Part shown: positions 10,001 through 18,059 of the stretch, piece after piece | How positions within the stretch are numbered: position 1 is the stretch's first letter | Layout: every line of letters starts with the position of its first letter | Source: Anaerohalosphaeraceae bacterium | Lineage (GTDB): Bacteria; Planctomycetota; Phycisphaerae; Sedimentisphaerales; UBA12454 | DNA length: 64,000 nucleotides | Assembly (NCBI GenBank): GCA_021108375.1 | Contig: JAIORA010000042.1 | Coordinates: 73,046-137,045, forward strand | Direction of reading: 5' to 3' | Position numbers and translations under genes: made by a program | Notes under the pieces: model-generated | The model's input: the letters and a program-made list of their open reading frames with translations, nothing else | The model's database searches: none | What the model was told of the DNA's origin: nothing

Positions 10001-10573
10001 AACAAGAGTCTCTGCCGGAGCGATTACAATTTGCCTGCCGTTCAAGGATTCGATTATAACTTTTTTCGCAAGCTGACGACTCGGCGCAGAACTTAGAGAA
10101 CCAACAGAAAACCCTCTGCCCAATTCTGCTTCTAACCGCTCTGGCAAAACTTCTGCCGAACCTGCGGGCAAATCAGAAATATCCATACTGTAAACTGTAA
10201 CCGAATCAATCATCCGCAATAGCGTACTGGCAAAAACAAGTGCTTCCGGCTTACCGGTTACACTCAGAGCACTGGTTCCGGGAATAGAAAAAACGCTGTC
10301 GCCGATTTTGGCACCCGCAAGAAACTTCTTAGCTTCATCAGTGCCAAGATGCCTGAGATTAAATATCCGAACGCGCACCGGAGTTGATATATTGGGGTCA
10401 GCGCAGTAACTGCCGCTGGCATTGAACAACAACACCAGAAGAAACACCCAAATACTCTGCCGTCTAAAAGACTTACCGGCCAAACGATTTATCAACATTT
10501 TGCTCTCCGAAACTCTTACCTCTACCTTGTTGCCTGCTTTTAACTTGCTATCCACTGTCTTTTTATCGGACAA
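7094..10573 (-). CDS. gspD: Type II secretion outer-membrane secretin GspD (unusually long, 1159 aa)
   Basis: C-terminal secretin core (...PQVLIDVSLVEI...VPILGGLFRS...). Multiple N-domains. Signal peptide after an alternative start at ~10498 (MLINRLAGKSFRRQSIWVFLLVLLFNASG). Confidence 0.9.
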   Translation of the reverse strand: MSDKKTVDSKLKAGNKVEVRVSESKMLINRLAGKSFRRQSIWVFLLVLLFNASGSYCADPNISTPVRVRIFNLRHLGTDEAKKFLAGAKIGDSVFSIPGTSALSVTGKPEALVFASTLLRMIDSVTVYSMDISDLPAGSAEVLPERLEAELGRGFSVGSLSSAPSRQLAKKVIIESLNGRQIVIAPAETLVKVLEQINKLKSQPVVVEASPSIIPSAVAADDVNAAGNPYIIESPNVPAVVSSAAVESAVVIGEDEMLGDLLDELAENEPVVVSAEPVIEPEIVIEGFVEPSGLVELEPVVVENYGTFEPEPEQESEPEQNLDEMIAAKVKAILEQMNLGQTAPAEQNSVREPSAEVVEEIAVAEVNEANEITLVSARVAMDIPNGEQTIDLDLPEKLEIVTLIELVGKYMNLDYLYDGNKIKGDVRIKIQGRLKIRELYDLLENVLKFKGLVMSRKGDLVIIAPAAEILEQDPSFGDDPLKPGDVIVTNVFKLEHISTDAAKNLLGGMKFATNVTPIPETGTLVITDYAFRMQRIEDLLELVDVPGPPKKFKLRVLKYTLAESLVPKVQALAEQLGTVDITVGSGAPKTPLEKKRAARRKRAAREDPDTQVMRPRAQGKNQTSVYIDFDKRTNRVMMIGMAGEIATVDGIIDSLDVPQQDLRAIQEYELQYIDTVTVVDSLKNFGIIESDSSGQSGTAKRSSGKARRGANPQGEAPSSADGGAGSSGLVTIDQPQVVELETTNSLLVNATPEQHIQIARVISYVDREPLDEAIPFRIYRLENQEPEELAGVINDLIEKTIKDEKGKVQKKVTREEDIAVVADKNTFSLIVYANKRNQEWIANLIKTLDKRRPQVLIDVSLVEIDRDDDFEYDLSIVANATNLATGNIAITGNQLIKTAVGSVIEGGFNLTDATGANTKSVQGFYNAGKMQMLMRLLDKRGYGRVLAQPKVLVNDNELGLIQTTQKTHVKKEDVTYPGDPPLQKITVTWEPYEAKIELKITPQISEGDLLRLEIEMIREDFVETLEGPPDYTTSNVNTVVTVPDGSTIILGGLTKLNQTKAGSKIPGLGDVPILGGLFRSVDNANDEKRLYIFVKANILRPDVEEGLEQLKDISRKNRATFEKYEDQFQKHESFPGVKPTPIEPLNVLDDIRGGEEENN

Positions 10574-10659
10574 AACGACTCAAAGCCTTAAAAATAATAT
10601 AGTTATGCCCGATTTTGAAACACCCAAAATTCGCCTGAAGCAGAGTTCTGCCGTTAAAC

Positions 10660-11661
10660 TTACCTGCGACTCCGGGACCTTCGCCTCTTCATCAAGTCCT
10701 CCATTGCCTTTTTGCGAGCTTCAGCGTCGGAGCCAACCTCATTTTCAGACCGATATTGCACCTTTCCTTCCTCATCATCAAATTTGATACGAGGTTTATT
10801 TTCATTGAGTACTTCTTTTTTGTCGAGCGGTTTATTTTTGTCGGTCTCGATATTCTTAAGGTCTTTTTCAAGGGATTTCAGTATTTCTCCAAACCCGCCA
10901 AGGCTGTTAGCATCATCGCCGGAAAGCTCTGCCATCGCAGGGTCGGCCTGGAGGCGTTTCAGCCATTCAATATTTTCCTTAACATTCTCCGCTGACGGCG
11001 GAGCCGCCGATGGAGCCGCTGGCGGAACCGCCGGCTCGATAACTGAGCTTACAACTTCTCTCACGGAGCCGGTTTGCCAACTCCTGTCTGGCGATTTTTC
11101 CGGCAGTTGGCCACTATAAGATTTAACGTAATCCGGCTTTGTCTCCCGCTTTACAGCTAACTCGTAAGTGTTGCCCCTGTCGTTAATTAAAACCACGCCG
11201 CTACCGATACCCTCTATCATCAGATGCCCTATCGACTGGCCCTGTTTGACCCAGCGAACGCCTTTGCCGACCTCGTTTATCAGGGCCCAGGACTCGTTCT
11301 CATCGTCCAAATGCGAGCTTGTACCCAGCAGTGTAAAGTTCGCTGTAACGGCCGCTACCTTAGGCCTGGGCGGTTTTTTGGGGGTTCTCGGAGTAGTCGG
11401 CCGAGGGGTCTTTGCTACTGGCGGAGGGGGCGGATTGATGCGAAGAGCAAAGGCTTTGGCCTGACGAATCAGGGGCGAATCCTGCCCGGAATCGGCTGTT
11501 TTAGTCGTGGAAGAGCCTTTCATCTGCTCAGCAATGCCGGGAGAGGAAAGAAACTCTTCGATGGATTCGTCGGTCTGCATACCTTGAGAAGCAATGAAAG
11601 CCACAAAGCCCAAAGCGGCTAACCCAACCAATATGCTCGTTATTCTAAGTGTTTTTATCAT
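10660..11661 (-). CDS. GspC-like membrane-anchored protein with a proline-rich linker
   Basis: N-terminal TM (ITSILVGLAALGFVAFIA). PPPPPVAKTPRPTTPRTPKKPPRPK linker. Then FTLLGTS...ALINEVGKGVRWVKQGQSIGHLMIEGIGSGVVLINDRGNTYELAV, which resembles the GspC HR domain. Sits immediately upstream of gspD. Confidence 0.5.
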   Translation of the reverse strand: MIKTLRITSILVGLAALGFVAFIASQGMQTDESIEEFLSSPGIAEQMKGSSTTKTADSGQDSPLIRQAKAFALRINPPPPPVAKTPRPTTPRTPKKPPRPKVAAVTANFTLLGTSSHLDDENESWALINEVGKGVRWVKQGQSIGHLMIEGIGSGVVLINDRGNTYELAVKRETKPDYVKSYSGQLPEKSPDRSWQTGSVREVVSSVIEPAVPPAAPSAAPPSAENVKENIEWLKRLQADPAMAELSGDDANSLGGFGEILKSLEKDLKNIETDKNKPLDKKEVLNENKPRIKFDDEEGKVQYRSENEVGSDAEARKKAMEDLMKRRRSRSRR

Positions 11662-11863
11662 AATGCTTTATATCAATCGTATAAAAAATGCGATGGACTT
11701 TTGCGGCAACCTGTTTTTCGCCTTTAAGTTATGAACGCAAAACGCACATTTCACCACCCTAAAGGGCGTAAGGTTTCAATAGAGTTATCGGCAAAATACC
11801 CTGCTTCTTTTGACATTAAATTCGCATTTTTGTTCCGATAATTACAAAAAAATAAACGATTTA

Positions 11864-11910
11864 GAGCATCTCTGATAATTGCTTTTGGGCGGCAGGTAGA
11901 AAATTTTTGT
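11864..11910 (+). mobile_element. Truncated left end of the 163-bp MITE-like family
   Basis: GAGCATCTCTGATAATTGCTTTTGGGCGGCAGGTAGAAAATTTTTGT matches the left ~47 nt of the copies at 50841 and 59000. Similarity then stops. Confidence 0.6.
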
Positions 11911-11950
11911 AAGTCCTTATTTTACGTTGGAATAAGAGGGGCGAAAACGG

Positions 11951-12058
11951 CGTTTTTAGGCCAGAAATCCATTCAGCATATTATTGAGCCATAAATTGCG
12001 GTTGCGTTTTTCGGCTAAAAATCCATTCAGGACATTGTTGAACCATAGAAAAACGGCA
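11951..12058. repeat. Two tandem copies of a ~54-bp unit
   Basis: CGTTTTTAGGCCAGAAATCCATTCAGCATATTATTGAGCCATA versus CGTTTTTCGGCTAAAAATCCATTCAGGACATTGTTGAACCATA. Offset is 54 nt (11951 versus 12005). Confidence 0.7.
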
Positions 12059-12068
12059 AAAATTTGGA

Positions 12069-12160
12069 TTTTTTTGCGATTTTTTGCATTTTTTGAACGT
12101 TTTTGCTCACTTTTTTGCTGTTTTTGGTCGGTTTTTTACCGTTTTTGAGGCCATTTTGGG
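12069..12160. promoter_or_regulatory. Helically phased T-tract array (predicted intrinsically curved DNA)
   Basis: Nine T4-T7 tracts start at 12069, 12080, 12089, 12100, 12111, 12121, 12132, 12142 and 12154. Spacings are 11, 9, 11, 11, 10, 11, 10, 12, mean ~10.6 bp. Confidence 0.8.
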
Positions 12161-12179
12161 CAAAAAATTCAAGACTAAA

Positions 12180-12872
12180 CAATTCGGGTTTGTAGCCACA
12201 AGACTCAAAGACACAAAAGTTTAGACACGGATTAACACGGATTAAAAAACAAGATATAAAAACTGGATTCCCACTTTCGTGGGAATGACAGAGTCAGTAG
12301 GAGTGGGATGGTGTTTGCGGCTTCTATACGGTGCGAACGGGTTATTGAAATTTGCAAGCACAAACCGTTGGGCAGGCCACGACGGCTAAACGGCGAAATG
12401 TAAAACACAAACCATTCGCAGGGTTGAGATTGCCACGGCGATAAAACCGCCTCGCAATGACAAAGAGCAAAAGGTTATTCGACCCCTACGGGGTCGGGGT
12501 GGGGACGGTTCCTTTTTCCCCGAGTTTCGCTTCGCTCACACGGGGCTATTATTATTAAATCCCTACGGGATTTTTGTCCGGCCGCTGCCGCGGCTCGGCT
12601 TTTAATAGTGGGAAAGGGATAGCAAAATATGGAAGCACGAACCCCCAAGCAGACTTGGGGGCTAAACATTCGGCCTACGGCCGAAAAAGGACAACCCCAC
12701 ATTTGTAAATGTGGGGCTAACTTTTAAAAACAAGATTTCTCCGCTTCGGTCGAAATGACAAAATCGGTGTTGGCGTGAAAAACCATTTGAATGCACGAAC
12801 CCCCAAGCAAGCTTGGGGGCTAACCATTCGGCCTACGGCCGAAAAAGGGAAATCCCGATGAATCGGCTTACG
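12180..12872. repeat. Intergenic hairpin-module block
   Basis: Modules: GGATTCCCACTTTCGTGGGAATGACA, GATTGCC...GCAATGACA, CCGGCCGCTGCCGCGGCTCGGCT, CCCCCAAGCAGACTTGGGGG, CCCCACATTTGTAAATGTGGGG (12697-12718), TTCGGCCTACGGCCGAA x2. Confidence 0.85.
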
Positions 12873-13574
12873 CTATTGTCTTTTCTTCCTGACTAACAGC
12901 AGAGAACCCAAACTGAGCATTGCGATTGTTGCCGGCTCAGGTATTTTTATGAGCACGTCCTGGCCAGGCGTGTCATCGCTTTGCCAATACACATTCAGTA
13001 CCCTAATATCGGTATTGACCCATCCCGCAATTACAGCGCCTTGAGCCATCAGCTTGAGGCCATCGGTTTCGGAATAATCGTGGGCCCAACTAAACTCACC
13101 TTCAAAACTCCAGATGGCTTCCTGCACCACCGCTGCTCTGCGATTTACATCCGTGATGCCGAAATCATTGCCCAAAAGGTATTGGTCATACAGCCAGGCA
13201 GACTCGGTGTCGAGAGGGTCGAAGCCTAAAGGTTCACTGCCGCCTACGGCACCAGTGTTGACAACGCCGTAAAAATCGTTTTCTCCGATAAGCTCCTCGG
13301 TCCACTCAAGACAGAATGTTATCAGGTCGCTGCCATCGGCGTAGCCGGGCAAGTCCATTACGGAATCGAACGCGAGTTCGCAGGACCATTCGCCGTGATA
13401 GCCTTTCAGGCCGTAACCTACACCGCTGACCGGCGGGGTTTCATAGAAACCGCCCATCTGGGAATTGCCGAGACCTATCCAGTGCATTGTGGGGTTAGCT
13501 GATGAACCTGAAACAAATAACGTGGCCGTTGCGAGTAAAATAACGAACACACCGTACAAACTTTTCGTTTTCAT
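12873..13574 (-). CDS. PEP-CTERM sorting-domain secreted protein
   Basis: C-terminus ...KIPEPATIAMLSLGSLLLVRKKRQ has the PEP motif, a TM segment and a basic tail. Signal peptide MKTKSLYGVFVILLATATLFVSGSSA starts at the ATG at 13574, with a GGAG 6 nt upstream. Confidence 0.85.
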   Translation of the reverse strand: MKTKSLYGVFVILLATATLFVSGSSANPTMHWIGLGNSQMGGFYETPPVSGVGYGLKGYHGEWSCELAFDSVMDLPGYADGSDLITFCLEWTEELIGENDFYGVVNTGAVGGSEPLGFDPLDTESAWLYDQYLLGNDFGITDVNRRAAVVQEAIWSFEGEFSWAHDYSETDGLKLMAQGAVIAGWVNTDIRVLNVYWQSDDTPGQDVLIKIPEPATIAMLSLGSLLLVRKKRQ

Positions 13575-13730
13575 ACCCATCTCCTTTCTCCCAAAGGAAA
13601 TTTTTTGTCTGGATGGTTTTTTTTGTTCACTAAATCCAGACAAACTGTCACACACCATTTTAGCACAGACAGGCAAAAAACAAAGGATATTTTTGTGGTT
13701 TTTTGTATATTTGCTCCAAAAGACCCTTTT

Positions 13731-14159
13731 TTAAGGGTCTAAATGGGGTTTGATTAAGCCAAAATCCTTGCCGGGCTTCAGGACGACCCATGCCCGCCAG
13801 TCCTTTTTATTGATTCGTATCGGCTCGAGCGGCTTTATATCGCTGAGCCAGGCGAAAATTGCGAATTTGCTGTCGGACTTCATCTGCCAGTATTCATTGT
13901 CGCCGAGAATTTTGGAATTGTAGTGCATTTTTAAATCGGCCACCTTAGCTGGCGTAAGATTTTCAAAGGATTTTACTGCTGAGACTCTGGCGGTTGCGCA
14001 AACTTGGCCGGAAGAGGCTTTCAGGAAAAGTTTGTCGCCAATTTCTATCATTCCAAACGGCGGGAACGGGCCTTTGTACAGGCGAGACTCGATTGTTTTT
14101 GTCCCGGCAAGGATTGCATCAATATATTGTTTTTTCAAAATTGCAAGATGATTATTCAT
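13731..14159 (-). CDS. ASCH (PUA-like) domain protein
   Basis: MNNHLAILKKQYIDAILAGTKTIESRLYK...GDKLFLKASSGQVCATARV matches the ASCH-family N-terminal pattern. ORF trimmed to the ATG at 14159. Confidence 0.5.
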   Translation of the reverse strand: MNNHLAILKKQYIDAILAGTKTIESRLYKGPFPPFGMIEIGDKLFLKASSGQVCATARVSAVKSFENLTPAKVADLKMHYNSKILGDNEYWQMKSDSKFAIFAWLSDIKPLEPIRINKKDWRAWVVLKPGKDFGLIKPHLDP

Positions 14160-14295
14160 TGTCTTTATGCTTGAGTGCTTCGGCGATACGTTCAACTCCA
14201 CGAACCAAACGATAAATCATCGTAACGATAAACACCATTAATCCCAGCCATAGCACGAAAGCAAAAACACCGAATACTACGTCAAGATTGCCCAT
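14152..14295 (-). CDS. Small (47-aa) predicted membrane protein, not in the supplied ORF track
   Basis: Hand translation: MGNLDVVFGVFAFVLWLGLMVFIVTMIYRLVRGVERIAEALKHKDNE. A GGAG lies 7 nt upstream. Its stop overlaps the ASCH start (ATGAATAA). Confidence 0.45.
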   Translation of the reverse strand: MGNLDVVFGVFAFVLWLGLMVFIVTMIYRLVRGVERIAEALKHKDNE

Positions 14296-14428
14296 ATCAT
14301 TCTCCTGATTTTAAGATGAATACTTCCCCTGTAAAAACGATTAGCAGAATTTTACCTCTAAATATCCTGATTAACAAGAATTAAATAATTCGTGGAACTT
14401 TTTGTCGTTTTTTGTTTTAATATCTGCA

Positions 14429-15418
14429 ATGCTTAAAATCGGGAACATAAAATTAGAACAGCCATTCATTCAGTCGCCTTTGAGCGGGTACAGCGACCGA
14501 GCGATGCGCACATTGGCACGACAGTTCGGGTGCGAGCTGACCTTTAGCGGCGTATTACTCGCTAAATCAGCGTGCCATCGGCCATTATTCAATAAAGCAA
14601 ATTATCGTATAACCGATGACGAACACCCTGTCGGGGCGCAGATTCTCGGAACCGAGCCAGATGTGATGGCACTGGCAGCGAAAACGCTGCGCGATGTCGG
14701 ATACGATTGTATATGCCTGAACTACGCCTGCCCTGCCCCGAAAGTTTTGCGCAGAGGCCGAGGCGGCGCGATGCTCAAAACGCCCGCTCTCGCAATCGAA
14801 ATTTTTAAACGTGTTCGCGAAGCAGTCGATTGCCCGATAACAGTGAAAATCAGAACCGGTTTCGGCAAGGCAAGCGAAGAACAGGAAAATTTTTGGGAAA
14901 TATGCGAAAAGCTGATAGCGGAAAATATCGATGCGATAACGGTACACCCCAGAGCGGTTACGCAGGCGTATCGCGGAAAAGCTGACTGGGAACTGTCCGC
15001 AAAACTAAAAGGAAAATTTCCCCACGCAACGATACTTGGCAGCGGCGATTTGTTCGAGGCAGTAGATGTTATAAACAAACTCAAAGCCAGCGGCCTTGAC
15101 GGCGTTGCTATCGCAAGAGGCGCTATCGGGGCACCGTGGATATATCGGCAACTAACTGATGTACTTGACGGCAAAATCGGCGATGAAATTTATTCACCAA
15201 GCGTTAAAGAACAAGGCGAAATTATTCTCGCCCATTACGAAATGCTTAGCAAACTTTATTACGTTCAAAAATCAGTAAAGTATTTCCGCAAATTCCTGGC
15301 AAACTACTGCAAAGCACATCCGCAGCGAAAAAAAGTACATCGCGAATTGATGATGGCCAATACCGGCGATGAGTTGCGGGAAATAATCAAAGAATTTTAT
15401 GGCCACGAAGACACATAA
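14429..15418 (+). CDS. dus: tRNA-dihydrouridine synthase
   Basis: Dus family motifs: PLSGYSDRAMR, GAQILG, INYACPAPKV, GGAMLK, ITVHPR. Trimmed to the ATG at 14429. Confidence 0.88.
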   Translation: MLKIGNIKLEQPFIQSPLSGYSDRAMRTLARQFGCELTFSGVLLAKSACHRPLFNKANYRITDDEHPVGAQILGTEPDVMALAAKTLRDVGYDCICLNYACPAPKVLRRGRGGAMLKTPALAIEIFKRVREAVDCPITVKIRTGFGKASEEQENFWEICEKLIAENIDAITVHPRAVTQAYRGKADWELSAKLKGKFPHATILGSGDLFEAVDVINKLKASGLDGVAIARGAIGAPWIYRQLTDVLDGKIGDEIYSPSVKEQGEIILAHYEMLSKLYYVQKSVKYFRKFLANYCKAHPQRKKVHRELMMANTGDELREIIKEFYGHEDT

Positions 15419-15944
15419 ATAGTTTTGAGTTCTGAGTTTTGAGTTTTGAGTTTTGAGTTGAGGAATCGCCTTGCGGCGATAGAGATTTATTTAACCACGA
15501 ATTATTAAACACTGATTACACAGGCTTGTCCTGAGCGTAGCCGAAGGATTGCACAGATAAAAAAACAAGATACAAAAAAAATGGATACCCGCTTTCGCGA
15601 GTATGACAAAAGAAATTAACCACGAATGCACACGAATAAACACAAATGAAAAAAGAGATTGCCACGCTACGCTCGCAATGACAAAAAGTATTCCGGCCGC
15701 TCCCGCGGCTCGGCTACTATACGGTGGGAAAATGATAAACAATTTGCAGGTACCTCTGGGACAAGACCCAGGGGCTAATGGCGATGTGAACGGGTTATTA
15801 AAATTCGCAAACACGAACCCCGGCAAACAAGTTGCCGGGGCTAAATGACGAAATGAAAGATATAAACCGTTCGTAAACCAAAATCATTGTACAATCCGTA
15901 ATTAAACTGTATAATTCGGAGTTTACATTTGCCGGTTAAAACAA
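15419..15944. repeat. Intergenic hairpin-module block (reverse-complement orientation)
   Basis: AGTTTTGAG microsatellite (~15421-15463) starts 3 nt after the dus stop. Also GGATACCCGCTTTCGCG, GATTGCCACGCTACGCTCGCAATGACA, CCGGCCGCTCCCGCGGCTCGGCT and ...GGGGCTAA hairpins. Confidence 0.85.
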
Positions 15945-17741
15945 ATGAACATAGAAAATATACGGAATTTCTCAATAGTTGCACATATCGACCACGGCAA
16001 GAGTACGCTGGCCGACAGGCTTATGTTGCTTACCGGTACCGTAACTCAGCGGCAATTTCACGAGCAACTGCTCGATAGTATGGATATTGAACGCGAACGG
16101 GGGATTACTGTTAAGGCCTCGGCGGTAACGATGACCCATATCCACGAAGGCGTTGAGTATATGCTGAATTTGATTGACACACCGGGACACGTGGATTTCA
16201 GCTATGAGGTTTCGCGGTCGCTGGCTGCCTGCGAGGGGGCACTGCTGGTGGTCGATGCGACGCAAGGCGTTGAAGCACAGACGGTGGCAAACGCCTATCT
16301 GGCGATTGATGCGGAGCTGGAAATTTTGCCGGTTATCAATAAGGTTGACCTGCCGGCAGCGCAGCCAGGAGTGGTCGGTGAAGAAATCGAACACATTCTC
16401 GGCATCCGCAAAAATGAATGTTTTCACATTAGCGCTAAAAGCGGACTCGGAATCGAAGAGCTGCTTGAGGCGATTGTTACATTTTTGCCGAGTCCGAAAG
16501 TCGATGATTGCAGACAGACCAGAGCACTGATTTTCGACAGCCATTTTGACGGGTATCGCGGCGTGATTTGCTATATTCGTGTGATGAGCGGCAAGCTCGA
16601 AGCCGGTAATAAAATTCGGATGATGAGTAACGGCTCAAGCTATGTCGTTACAGAGGTGGGCAAGTTTTCGCCGACAATGATGAAAGTTGGCAGCCTCGGC
16701 GCTGGCGAAGTCGGCTACATTATCGCCAATATCAAGAACCTTGCCAACATTACTATCGGCGATACGATTACATTAGACAATGACCCTGCCGAGAAAGCCC
16801 TGCCGGGATACCAAAAACCAATTCAGATGGTCTTCAGCGATTTTTACCCGGCTAACAATACCGAATATCCGAAAATGCGCACGGCTTTCGATAAACTGGC
16901 GCTTAACGATACGAGCTTTTCGTTTGAGCCGCAAAACAGTCCTGCCCTGGGGTTCGGATTCCGCTGCGGATTCCTCGGACTGCTGCATATGGAAATCGTT
17001 CAGGAAAGGCTCGAACGCGAAAACGACATCGAAATAATTCAGACCGCCCCGACTGTAAGCTACGAGATTTTACTGACCGATGGCGAAGTTAAACGGATAG
17101 ATTCGCCGAGCCAACTGCCGGACAGGTCGATTATTGAAGAGCTGCGAGAGCCTTTCGTTAAGCTGGAACTAATTACGCCAAAAGATTCTATCGGCTCGAT
17201 TATGAAGCTGGCCGAGCAGAGGCGGTGTTCGCTTATAAAAACCGATTACCTCAGTACAACTCGTGTTATGATGGAATTCAAAGCACCGCTGGCGGAAATT
17301 GTTTACGATTTTTACGACCAGCTCAAAGGCATAAGCAAAGGCTACGCGACAATGGATTATGACTTTATCGGGTTCGAGAAAAGCGACCTTGTCAGAATCG
17401 AAATTCTCGTTAACAAAATCCCCGTTGACGCTCTTAGCCTTATACTGCACCGCTCAAGTGCAGAAATTCGCGGAAGGCATCTTCTAATTAAACTCCGAAG
17501 AGCGATTCCGAAACATCAGTTTGAAGTCCCATTGCAGGCAGCTATCGGCGGGAAAATTATTGCTCGCGAAACAATCAAAGCGTTTCGGAAAGATGTTACG
17601 AGCAAGCTCTACGGCGGCGACGTTACGAGAAAAATGAAACTGCTCAAGAAACAAAAGGAAGGCAAGAAACGAATGAAGAGTATCGGCAACGTGCAGATAC
17701 CACAACAAGCGTTTATGAGCATTCTCGATACCAGCGACTAA
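15945..17741 (+). CDS. lepA: Translation elongation factor 4 (LepA)
   Basis: IRNFSIVAHIDHGKSTLADRL, DTPGHVDF, NKVDLP and the LepA C-terminal domain (...GNVQIPQQAFMSIL). Confidence 0.95.
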   Translation: MNIENIRNFSIVAHIDHGKSTLADRLMLLTGTVTQRQFHEQLLDSMDIERERGITVKASAVTMTHIHEGVEYMLNLIDTPGHVDFSYEVSRSLAACEGALLVVDATQGVEAQTVANAYLAIDAELEILPVINKVDLPAAQPGVVGEEIEHILGIRKNECFHISAKSGLGIEELLEAIVTFLPSPKVDDCRQTRALIFDSHFDGYRGVICYIRVMSGKLEAGNKIRMMSNGSSYVVTEVGKFSPTMMKVGSLGAGEVGYIIANIKNLANITIGDTITLDNDPAEKALPGYQKPIQMVFSDFYPANNTEYPKMRTAFDKLALNDTSFSFEPQNSPALGFGFRCGFLGLLHMEIVQERLERENDIEIIQTAPTVSYEILLTDGEVKRIDSPSQLPDRSIIEELREPFVKLELITPKDSIGSIMKLAEQRRCSLIKTDYLSTTRVMMEFKAPLAEIVYDFYDQLKGISKGYATMDYDFIGFEKSDLVRIEILVNKIPVDALSLILHRSSAEIRGRHLLIKLRRAIPKHQFEVPLQAAIGGKIIARETIKAFRKDVTSKLYGGDVTRKMKLLKKQKEGKKRMKSIGNVQIPQQAFMSILDTSD

Positions 17742-17960
17742 TAGTTATGAGTTTTGAGTCTTTAGGGAACCTCTAAAAATTCAAAAAGTGGATTCCCGCT
17801 TTCGCGGGAATGACAAAAGAAATTAACCACGAATGGACACGAATAAACACAAATGAAAAACGAGATTGCCACGCTACACTCGCAATGACAACAACCCCCT
17901 GATGAATCAGGGGGTTAACTATAAAAAACAAAACCCTGCCATAGTGATGGCAGGGCTAAG
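17742..17960. repeat. Intergenic hairpin-module block plus a solo MITE terminus
   Basis: AGTTATGAGTTTTGAG right after the lepA stop. AGGGAACCTCTAAAAATTCA (17764-17786) matches the MITE right TIR. Also the CCCGCTTTCGCGGG hairpin, CCCCCTGATGAATCAGGGGG (17895-17914) and CCCTGCCATAGTGATGGCAGGG. Confidence 0.8.
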
Positions 17961-17988
17961 CCAAAAGAATAAAAAAAAGTTAAATAAC

Positions 17989-18016
17989 TTGCAACTTTAG
18001 CCGATTGTTATATAAT
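17989..18016 (+). promoter_or_regulatory. Sigma70-type promoter of the XRE/S24 repressor gene
   Basis: TTGCAA (17989-17994), 16-nt spacer, TATAAT (18011-18016). The -10 lies within the palindrome TTATATAA. Confidence 0.55.
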
Positions 18017-18059
18017 TGCCTTACAAACAACAGCAGGACGCTTTTTTTTGGAGGCTTTT

